62,763 nucleotides of DNA from a virus (lineage: Duplodnaviria > Caudoviricetes): positions 1 through 62,763 of IMG/VR virus record IMGVR_UViG_3300044641_003586. One strand, 5' to 3'. Numbering within the stretch: position 1 is the first letter of the stretch; each line of letters starts with the position of its first letter. Below are positions 32,757 to 40,866 of this stretch, one piece after another. The notes under the pieces are model-generated. The model made no database searches and had not been told where the DNA came from. It was given only the letters and a program-made list of their open reading frames with translations. Made by a program: the position numbers and the translations under genes.

Positions 32757-33619
32757 GCTGTAAATTCTTGGTTACGAACCACCCACCATTTTGAACCATT
32801 GTAAATCATCTGAAGAAGTCGAGTGCTTCCAGATGCAACCGCGCCACTAAACGTAGTGCCAGTCGGAGTGACGATGTTAGTTCCTAACGTGATGGTTCTG
32901 ATAGCCCCAGAAGCAATCAATCGAACTTGCCAAGTGCTGCCATTTGAACCGCCAGTAGGACCATTGAGCGTCAAATCACCCGTCATGGTAATTTCACGAC
33001 TCTGACCATCAGTAAAAACTGGAGTTACCGTTGCAGCGTAGGTAATGCTTGTTGGTGCTGTATCTGCACCGGGGGCAGTAGCCCATTTAACTCCAGTTGC
33101 AGCAGTGCTGTCCACACTCAAAACTTGCCCATTAGTGCCACCAACAGCCAAACGCACATTGTCTGTGCCGTTGTGAGCGATCAAATCACCTTTAGTGGTT
33201 GTGGGAGCCAAGGCATCAAACGCATTGGTTTGCGATGTTTGACCTGTTCCACCATTAGCAATCGGCAATGTTCCAGTGACATGAGACGCAAGATTAATTA
33301 GATCGCGGGTAATGGTTTGACCAGAAATCGTAATATAATCCGGTGTTCCAGACAAGGTTACATCGCCTGAGTTTGAACCAGCTAATGTGCCAGATGCGCC
33401 ATCAGCAATGGTAATACCACTGTTCTGAATGAGTTTGCCAGTGGTTAGATTGAATCGAGCAATCGCATTGTCCGTGGCACTTGCTGGTCCAACCACATCT
33501 CCGCTTCCACCACCTCCGCCTCCGCCGCCGCCACTTTGAACTGATTGATAAATACCATACAGAAGCGTTGGAACGCTAACTGGTGGTGGAACATCTAAAG
33601 TTTGTGGTGTGCCTGGCAT
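32753..33619 (-). CDS. fibre/decoration protein
   Basis: GDVVGPASATDNAIARFN..GKLIQNS; LPIANGGTG; TTKGDL. Confidence 0.75.
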   Translation of the reverse strand: MPGTPQTLDVPPPVSVPTLLYGIYQSVQSGGGGGGGGGSGDVVGPASATDNAIARFNLTTGKLIQNSGITIADGASGTLAGSNSGDVTLSGTPDYITISGQTITRDLINLASHVTGTLPIANGGTGQTSQTNAFDALAPTTTKGDLIAHNGTDNVRLAVGGTNGQVLSVDSTAATGVKWATAPGADTAPTSITYAATVTPVFTDGQSREITMTGDLTLNGPTGGSNGSTWQVRLIASGAIRTITLGTNIVTPTGTTFSGAVASGSTRLLQMIYNGSKWWVVRNQEFTA

Positions 33620-33622
33620 AAC

Positions 33623-33826
33623 TTATGATTGTTGTTGGCCTTGAGATGCCTGCAACGCGCCATAAATGAGCGTTTCGACACTGACGGGCGGGGGTGGAAC
33701 TGACAATGGATCGTAAGTGATAGAACCCGGATGATTCTGGTTCACAAATGCCACGCGAATCGCATTCCAAAGCGTTGGGACACTAACTGGAGGCGGCACA
33801 GACAATGTTTGCAGAGTTCCGGGCAT
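33623..33826 (-). CDS. small structural protein with PPPVSV.TL repeats
   Basis: N-terminus nearly identical to that of 32753..33619. Confidence 0.65.
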   Translation of the reverse strand: MPGTLQTLSVPPPVSVPTLWNAIRVAFVNQNHPGSITYDPLSVPPPPVSVETLIYGALQASQGQQQS

Positions 33827-33833
33827 AATTAGA

Positions 33834-34103
33834 TCACTTAAAGACTCCGGCTTTCTTGGCGCGGGACATCATGGCTTCTTCATCGGATTCTTCCTTTTCA
33901 GGCATTTTCATCTCGATTTCAATTTCGCCACCTTCTTCTTCACCTTCCATTTCGGAGGTTGGAATAGCGGTTCCGTCGATTTCAGTGAGAGTGATGTTGC
34001 CATCTTCATCGGCCATAAACGTGCCGAGAGCTTGGAAGGGTTCACCGGGAGTAGCATCTTCTGGCATTTGCCAGCCTTCAGGAGATTGGAAAGTAAGTTG
34101 CAT
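33834..34103 (-). CDS. acidic hypothetical protein downstream of the MCP
   Basis: 89-aa E-rich ORF in the operon. Confidence 0.65.
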   Translation of the reverse strand: MQLTFQSPEGWQMPEDATPGEPFQALGTFMADEDGNITLTEIDGTAIPTSEMEGEEEGGEIEIEMKMPEKEESDEEAMMSRAKKAGVFK

Positions 34104-34135
34104 GGATAGTAGGATAGAGAGATTTGATGTGTTTT

Positions 34136-34174
34136 CAACAAGAAGGCGGGGCCAGTTTTTTGCTGACCCCGCCT
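34136..34174 (-). terminator. terminator hairpin after the MCP gene
   Basis: aggcggggccag/ctgaccccgcct inverted repeat followed on the minus strand by TCTTGTT. Confidence 0.6.
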
Positions 34175-34193
34175 CGCGAGCTTGTTATCTCGA

Positions 34194-35372
34194 TTACGAG
34201 CAGGCCGTGTTGACCGTCCAGTTGGTCGGGCAGCGGCGGAAGCGGAGAACCGCACCGTATTCAGGGATCACTGGCTGAGCACCGTAGGCAAACTTGCCAC
34301 GGAAGAAGCCAATGTTCTCGTCCACGTTGCAGGTGCGATCATACTTGTTGATCCACTGGAAGCGTCCGAGGTAGTCCTGCGGAGCGAACTTCATCTCACC
34401 AGCTTGAAGCTGAGAGTCAGGGATCGCGAATTTGACGACCTGCTTAGTGACGATGTAGCAGTCTTCGTATTCTGCCGTGAAGTAGGCAGGATTGACGTTG
34501 GCTGCATCACCTTTGTTGGTGGCAGGGAGCATGAAGGGAACACGCACCCAAGCACCGCCGACAAGGTTCCAGCGAGCGGCTGCAATGTCGATGGTCATCT
34601 TGAAACCGTTGAGGGTGTCAAAAGAACCAGGAGCATTGTTCAGCATACGCACGCGGTCACTGTCCCAGCGGATGTTCTGGATGGTGACGCCATCGGTAGC
34701 AAGGGTCTGCTGAGCTTCGTCCGAAAGAACGAGTGGCAGAAGCGGCTGGCCCATCTTGTTGACGGAAAGGCCGTTCTGAATGTCAGCGCCGTTGCGGACG
34801 AGGGAGTAGCGGATGTAATCAAGCATTTCGCGCTTCAGCGTGCCGATGGTTCCAGTCGCGAAGGAGCTGGAGTTCACGGTAAGACCGCTGTTGGCGACAT
34901 ACTTGTTAGAGCAGATCGCGGTGAACTGATCGCGGCGTTGATTTTCCCACAGGTAGCGGGAGTAGCCACGCAGGTTGCGAATGAAGGAAGCCGCCTGCTG
35001 CACGATGTTGTAGCTCATACGAGCATCTTCAATGCAGAATGGAGGGCTTTCGACAGCCGCAATCTTCAGTTCCATCGAACGACGAGTCTGGGACGGATAG
35101 ATGGTGGACACCGGAGGTTGGCAAGAGCCACCTTGATCGCCTTCGCCACCGTCATTGAACCCGTAGGTCGTGAACGTCACATCGCTGCCGTAAGGCATCG
35201 CACGCTCATAGGTGATGAAGTTCGGGGTGTCACCCATGCCGTTGGGCCAGCGGGTGCGGGAAACGACAGTATCGTTCTGCCAAGGATTCGTGATCCACTG
35301 CTTCTCAGAAGGATCGTCAACGATGCGGTTAGCTTCCGTTTCGAGGAAGTTGTTAATATCTGTGCAGGCCAT
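34194..35372 (-). CDS. major capsid protein
   Basis: 392 aa, strong codon bias, follows portal and scaffold, has a long leader and a downstream terminator. Confidence 0.8.
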   Translation of the reverse strand: MACTDINNFLETEANRIVDDPSEKQWITNPWQNDTVVSRTRWPNGMGDTPNFITYERAMPYGSDVTFTTYGFNDGGEGDQGGSCQPPVSTIYPSQTRRSMELKIAAVESPPFCIEDARMSYNIVQQAASFIRNLRGYSRYLWENQRRDQFTAICSNKYVANSGLTVNSSSFATGTIGTLKREMLDYIRYSLVRNGADIQNGLSVNKMGQPLLPLVLSDEAQQTLATDGVTIQNIRWDSDRVRMLNNAPGSFDTLNGFKMTIDIAAARWNLVGGAWVRVPFMLPATNKGDAANVNPAYFTAEYEDCYIVTKQVVKFAIPDSQLQAGEMKFAPQDYLGRFQWINKYDRTCNVDENIGFFRGKFAYGAQPVIPEYGAVLRFRRCPTNWTVNTACS

Positions 35373-35666
35373 AGTGGTAGTTAGGTTAGGGGTGTTGCCT
35401 ATTCAGGCGGGTATTTGAGTTGAGTTGAAGAACTTGATTTCCAGACGTTCTCCGGTTGGCGACATGCCAGCGGTGTCCAGATCGTTCCACTCCGAGCCAG
35501 AGTGATTAGTAGCTCATTTACCCTTTTACCTAGCGAGCCTCCAAGGAGCGTGGGTAACGCTTTTTAGCTCAATGCGATTTTTCACGTTTTTCCCGTGAAT
35601 GTCAATAAAAAATTTTACAACTCCTCTCTTGCAATCTTATCCTAAACATCGACATCATTCTATCAC

Positions 35667-35957
35667 ATGATCCCATCTATCTATATCCGCATTGACCAAC
35701 CTGCTGTTGGTTCTCAATTCAAATTTGACGCTCAAGTAGTTGTTGGAAACGACTCCACAGGAGATGTTACTGGTTTTCGCTCTCCTGTTTTTGAAGTTGG
35801 TGATGAGCACGAATCTTTCGTGACCCTAATGCAAAAAGTCACACAAGCCGTGCTTCAATATCGCGATTTCCGCAAAAAGGCAACTGAGCAGGACTTTCAC
35901 CTGCTAAATCAGCAAGGAGAGCCTGCTCAGGAAACGCCCGTTATCGTAGTGCCTTGA
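35667..35957 (+). CDS. hypothetical protein, counter-oriented between scaffold and MCP
   Basis: 96-aa ORF filling the intergenic gap. Confidence 0.55.
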   Translation: MIPSIYIRIDQPAVGSQFKFDAQVVVGNDSTGDVTGFRSPVFEVGDEHESFVTLMQKVTQAVLQYRDFRKKATEQDFHLLNQQGEPAQETPVIVVP

Positions 35958-35960
35958 GCC

Positions 35961-37142
35961 TTACGATTGACTCATGTGGGCATTAAACCGCGCCATGATG
36001 CTGTCAAAGTCATAGCCTTTAGGCATATCATCCGTGGAAGATGATTGTGGAGTCTGTGTGCTACTTGGACGTGGAGTGGCTGCAACACGGCTTTTCACAG
36101 CCTGTTCAAGCTCACTAATCTTGGCATTGCGTTCATCTAGTTGGCGAAGCAAGTGCGGTAGAATTACACTGGCGCGAGCAGCAACAGCAAGGCTGGCTGG
36201 ATCACGTTTGATTTCTGCCTTTTGAATGGCTTCAAGCAACGCTTTGTTATCCTTGATGAATGGGATCTTCTCTTGAATCAACTTGTTTGCAGCTTCGGTA
36301 GCTGCTTGCAGTTGACGTTCTTCATCTTCTTTGGCCTTACGAGTTTTTTCTTGTTCCAAGAATGACAGTTCCTGCTTGGCCTTCTCTGCATTCTCAAACA
36401 TTTCGGCTGATTTGCGAAGAAGTTGTTGAGTCTCGCGAGCCTTGGCAACCAGTTCGCCAGCATCAATGGGCGACCATCCATCAGTCACTTCGCGCAAACG
36501 GCGGCGTTGCTCAACTGGATCATTGATCGCCAGAACAGATTTGAGAGTTTCCGGGTCAACATCATAGCTTTTGGCGAGAATATCGACATCCTGACCGATG
36601 CGTGCAGCAGGCTCAAGAACTTCATCCTGATATGCTTTAGAATGCTGAATGTCATGGATAGCACGAAACTGTTCATGCTCAACCATAGCAGTTTCCATCT
36701 CGGAGATACGCTTCTCGTAAGCAGAGATGTCTTTGCCTTCAAAATCAGCAATCTTGGCCTTCATCTGCTCAATCTCGATGAGCTTTTCCTGAACGGTTTT
36801 ATCTTTCTCAGGCAAGGTTCGTTGAAGACTGTCGCGTTCCTCACGAAGCTGCTTTAGTTCAGCCTTCATTTCCTTCCATGTGTTGATGGCTTCTTGAGTT
36901 GGTTGCGACTTCTTCGGGAAGTCCTCTGGCGGCGAATCGTCGTCCTTAGCAGTTGGTTCCTGCTCTTTTGGAGCTTCTTCAGCAACCTTTTCAGCGGCTT
37001 GTGGTTCTACAACCTTTTCGGCTGGCTCAGGCTCAGTTTGGGCCTCACCAGATTGGATAAAGGCTTGCGCCCGTTCCCACATGGCTTCGGCTTCTTTGTC
37101 TGCATCGTATTCTGGTGTTTGTGGCGTGGTGTCGTCTTGCAT
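35961..37142 (-). CDS. capsid scaffolding protein
   Basis: Acidic disordered N-terminus and long coiled coil; lies between portal and MCP. Confidence 0.7.
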   Translation of the reverse strand: MQDDTTPQTPEYDADKEAEAMWERAQAFIQSGEAQTEPEPAEKVVEPQAAEKVAEEAPKEQEPTAKDDDSPPEDFPKKSQPTQEAINTWKEMKAELKQLREERDSLQRTLPEKDKTVQEKLIEIEQMKAKIADFEGKDISAYEKRISEMETAMVEHEQFRAIHDIQHSKAYQDEVLEPAARIGQDVDILAKSYDVDPETLKSVLAINDPVEQRRRLREVTDGWSPIDAGELVAKARETQQLLRKSAEMFENAEKAKQELSFLEQEKTRKAKEDEERQLQAATEAANKLIQEKIPFIKDNKALLEAIQKAEIKRDPASLAVAARASVILPHLLRQLDERNAKISELEQAVKSRVAATPRPSSTQTPQSSSTDDMPKGYDFDSIMARFNAHMSQS

Positions 37143-37151
37143 GATGTGTGG

Positions 37152-37493
37152 TTATTTGGTTTCGAGGTAGGATTCGTCAATATGGCTGAATGGTTCATTC
37201 AAGAACACATCCATGTGATCTGTCTTATCCGCTGGCTTGTGAGCTAAGTTACGAAGCGAACGAAGAACACGTCTTTGACCTGCTTGGGCGGCATGTATCA
37301 TGGAGATGGCAAATGACGCTTGCGCTCCGTGGTCACGCACAATAAGCGGAATAACCGAGTCATTTGGCTCAGTTTTTTCCTCGATGATGGCAAGTGCCTC
37401 CATCATCACTGGATCGTTTAGGATTTTGGCTAGACGGTCTGGACCGTCACCTTGGCGGAATTTATCAATGCGGGTTTGTTTGTCTTGTGTCAT
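37152..37493 (-). CDS. small head-module protein
   Basis: Coupled to the portal stop; typical position. Confidence 0.6.
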   Translation of the reverse strand: MTQDKQTRIDKFRQGDGPDRLAKILNDPVMMEALAIIEEKTEPNDSVIPLIVRDHGAQASFAISMIHAAQAGQRRVLRSLRNLAHKPADKTDHMDVFLNEPFSHIDESYLETK

Positions 37494-39766
37494 GCAGTTG
37501 CTCTAAGAGATGCTTGCTGTGCCTGTGCTGCGGCAGACTTGCGTGCAATATCGGCTGCAACTTCGGCATCACGAAGGGCGCGTTTTTGCGCTGCTTCAAC
37601 TTGGCGTTGTTCCATCTTCATGCGGAACTCCTCGGCACGCTGATCCATTTTGGCTTGCCATTCCGCCATCTTTATTTCAATGGGATTCGGGCCTTCAGGT
37701 GGAGCAGGCTGTCCAGCAGCCTCCGCTTCCATCGCCTGTTGTTTCTGTAAGTGTCTCGAACCGTTGACGATGATTTCGTTGAACTGCTGGAGTTGTTGGC
37801 GGAACATTGGGGCTTCTGGCCCTGTGAATTGCTCAAGTGTTTGCGCGGCATGGTCGAAGATTTTAGCCATTGGCGGAACGATCTGCGCGTAAAGCTCAGG
37901 GTTCTGTCCGGCTTGGTCAAACTGCTGGTAGAACTCAGCCAACTTGCCAACGTGAATTTGCAGGTGAACCCGCTTGTTTTCATTGGGCAGGATCATCTGG
38001 TCAATGCCTTGAGCAAGAAGACCATTTTGAGCATCTGCAATGGCGGCGTCAATCGGAGGACGTTGATCGGCTCCCGGAACTGTGGTGAGTTCATCAGCCA
38101 TTTGCCAACCAGCAATAGCTCCCGTGAAGCCACGAACAAGCGTCTGCTTGCCGTAATCGTCGTAGTAGGGGTAGAGCGGCATCAAGTTCTCATAAGCCAA
38201 ACGGCGTGCAGATGGGCTTCCAAATCCGATGGAGCGACTGGCGCGAGTATAGCGGAAGTCGATCATATCGAGAGCTTCAGTTGGAATGCCATCTTCCATG
38301 CACATCTCACGGAACTGCCAGACTTGCTCACCGCCAGGCTCACCACGTTGGTAGCCTTTACGGAAGAAGCGACGAACAACCTCCTTAAACAAACGATCAA
38401 GAGGCTGCATGAACAGGTTAATGGCAGTCACCGAAAGTTGGGAAGCCATTTCCATGCGGCTCATCGCTTCAAACTTAGACAACTCACGTCCTGTATCAAG
38501 TGTCTTGGATGAAGTGTATTGAGCGATGTTGTTGTAGAACGTCTGACGCAGACTTTGAACCGTAGGCTCAATGTTGTTAATGATGTTTGGCTGCTGAACT
38601 TGAACGAATTGCGCTCCCGGCGTGACGAGATAGCCTGCTCCATAAGGAACAATGCGGAAGTTTTCGACAGCTTCTTCACTTTCGACTTGCCAATGCGGAC
38701 CAGCGGTTTGCGCCACATCAACTTTCTTATTCTCAAGACGCATCAACTGTTGGAAGGCGTTAAACATATCAGCCCCAAGACCACGAATGCCGTGGTAAGT
38801 GCCATTGGTGCCAATGCCACGGGTGAAGAATGTAAATGCTTCACAAGCTGTCCTGTAAAGACTGCGAGACTTGAATAGGAATGTCTCAGGAACTCCATCT
38901 GTAATGGGGTAGCCATTTTCTGCAAAGGCATACATAGAATAACTACCATCCAGTTCCTTGACCCACATATAGATTACAGATACAGAAGGACTTGTTTCAC
39001 CAAAAGTGATGTCGTTGTTCTTCCAGCGGCTCTCCCATTCCATCCAATTTAGTGGATCTGGAATCTGTTCGGAAGCATTCATTACTGCCTTTTTAAGCTG
39101 ACCGATATTCCAACCTTGCTCCTCTGCCGTTGCGCCCATCTCAATGTAGCGCATAAGATCAGACGGGTTTTCCAGCTTTTTGAGGCAAGCGTATTGGATC
39201 TCGCATTCATTTGCCCGTGTTTGACGGGGAATCTTCATGTAAGCCAAACTTGTCACATCCCATTCCCAATTTACTGGATCAGGAAAGAAGGCAATACCAA
39301 CGCCATGCAGCGTCATGTAATGCGGGATATAGGCATACTTGAAGTTGAAATCAGGCCAATTCCTGATGACTCGGCTCAGATTTAGGCTGATACGCTGAGA
39401 AATCTCCTGATTCTCAACGCCTTCGCCATACTTAGTCCGAACATCAATCAAGTTTTCTGTGCCACTGATAAGGTCGTAGAAAGCTGCCAATGAGGTATCA
39501 AGAACAGCTTTGGCATCGCCTGGGTTAAAGTTCGACATGTAGGCCAGCCCTTGCTTAGCCAACATATTTTGATCTAGGGGCGGTGCTCCATCGACCATAG
39601 CCTGAACTTTAGCCATTTGCTGATTGCTTTTAAGATCAGCACGTTGTAAGCGAAACCAAAGACTTCTGGCAGCGCCGACATCCTTGATGCGTTCTTCAAG
39701 GAATTTTCCCTTGTCGTCAACAACAGGGGGATTATAGGATTCAAGGGTATTTGTGGAGTCTGCCAT
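37490..39766 (-). CDS. portal protein
   Basis: 758 aa with a Q/A-rich C-terminal barrel; lies upstream of scaffold and MCP. Confidence 0.75.
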   Translation of the reverse strand: MADSTNTLESYNPPVVDDKGKFLEERIKDVGAARSLWFRLQRADLKSNQQMAKVQAMVDGAPPLDQNMLAKQGLAYMSNFNPGDAKAVLDTSLAAFYDLISGTENLIDVRTKYGEGVENQEISQRISLNLSRVIRNWPDFNFKYAYIPHYMTLHGVGIAFFPDPVNWEWDVTSLAYMKIPRQTRANECEIQYACLKKLENPSDLMRYIEMGATAEEQGWNIGQLKKAVMNASEQIPDPLNWMEWESRWKNNDITFGETSPSVSVIYMWVKELDGSYSMYAFAENGYPITDGVPETFLFKSRSLYRTACEAFTFFTRGIGTNGTYHGIRGLGADMFNAFQQLMRLENKKVDVAQTAGPHWQVESEEAVENFRIVPYGAGYLVTPGAQFVQVQQPNIINNIEPTVQSLRQTFYNNIAQYTSSKTLDTGRELSKFEAMSRMEMASQLSVTAINLFMQPLDRLFKEVVRRFFRKGYQRGEPGGEQVWQFREMCMEDGIPTEALDMIDFRYTRASRSIGFGSPSARRLAYENLMPLYPYYDDYGKQTLVRGFTGAIAGWQMADELTTVPGADQRPPIDAAIADAQNGLLAQGIDQMILPNENKRVHLQIHVGKLAEFYQQFDQAGQNPELYAQIVPPMAKIFDHAAQTLEQFTGPEAPMFRQQLQQFNEIIVNGSRHLQKQQAMEAEAAGQPAPPEGPNPIEIKMAEWQAKMDQRAEEFRMKMEQRQVEAAQKRALRDAEVAADIARKSAAAQAQQASLRATA

Positions 39767-39768
39767 AA

Positions 39769-40818
39769 TTATGCTAGACTAACCCACTTGGCTGGTCCCG
39801 CAACCTTCAATCCACTGCCAGTTTCATTACAGGCGGCAATAACCTCGGCCAATGGAATCTGAAGCAAAGTAGCAACTTTCTTGGCAGTCATCTTCTCGGT
39901 AGAGGCTTCGATAGTGTTTTTAATCTTGAATGCCGTAAAACTGGCAGTCGGCAACTTGCCATCCTGTCCACTGAGACTTTTAGCTTCTTCAGCGGCAACC
40001 TGAACAGGTTCAGCTTTAGCTTTTTCAGGCTTAACCGAGTTGATTTTGTCCGCCAAAACAAGGTCCGCAAGGGTGCCATCTTTACAACCGTGGACAACCA
40101 CTGCATGTCCATCATAAGGCTTTGAGTGGTCAAGTTCTTGATCGCCAGTCAAGTCGTCACAAACAATCTTGCCGCCCTCAATACGGTAGTTTCCAGTATT
40201 CCAGTTGTGTTGGATGAGAATGGTATTGTGAGCGTGTGGAACAATCTCAAAGCGCATTTGGATGTCAAAAGGCTCAAGAGGTCCGCTCCAAGGCATCACG
40301 CGATCAATCTGGCCGATCATGGGAGACATAGCCCCAAGCGCATGATGGTAAATACCTGTGCCAACCATGTGAGGCTCGCCAAATGCAGCTTTGCGTGTTC
40401 CATTCGGAAGGAATGTCCATCCGCGAGTTGGAACAATCGCTCCCATGTGAGCTTTGCCGCTTTCGTGGTGCTCTTTCTGGAGCTTAGACAACCATCCTGG
40501 CTGAACTGGAGTGTTATCAAGTTCATACCAATACCAAGGACCATTAGTGTATTTCTCAGCGACAATCTGTGCCGTTTCGCGGAAATGCTTGGCTGCTGCG
40601 TCTGTTGCATTGCTGGAGTAGAAATCCAAAACATGAATATCTACGTTGCTGAACAACGGTTCAATTTCCTCAAGGAATTTGCGAGATTCGTTTTCAATCT
40701 CCCGACGAGCAAAAATCGCGCAGGAAAATCCAGCATAAGGACCAAACTTCTTAAAAACAGCAGCAGTTTTAGACAGCATCTTGATGTCGTGAGCCGACAC
40801 AGGGATAGCGAGTAGCAT
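39769..40818 (-). CDS. glycosyltransferase-like protein with C-terminal wHTH-like tail
   Basis: WYWYELDNTPVQPGWL (ExD), HMVGTGIY, VVHGCKDG. Confidence 0.55.
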   Translation of the reverse strand: MLLAIPVSAHDIKMLSKTAAVFKKFGPYAGFSCAIFARREIENESRKFLEEIEPLFSNVDIHVLDFYSSNATDAAAKHFRETAQIVAEKYTNGPWYWYELDNTPVQPGWLSKLQKEHHESGKAHMGAIVPTRGWTFLPNGTRKAAFGEPHMVGTGIYHHALGAMSPMIGQIDRVMPWSGPLEPFDIQMRFEIVPHAHNTILIQHNWNTGNYRIEGGKIVCDDLTGDQELDHSKPYDGHAVVVHGCKDGTLADLVLADKINSVKPEKAKAEPVQVAAEEAKSLSGQDGKLPTASFTAFKIKNTIEASTEKMTAKKVATLLQIPLAEVIAACNETGSGLKVAGPAKWVSLA

Positions 40819-40866
40819 AGGATAGTATGTGGTGTTGTGGTTTAGTGTTCGATTGACGAGCGATTC

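Noticed and set aside
34182-35384. 400-aa plus-strand ORF, and similar antisense ORFs over portal, RecT and the giant gene
   Set aside because: Shadow ORFs caused by codon bias of the real opposite-strand genes.
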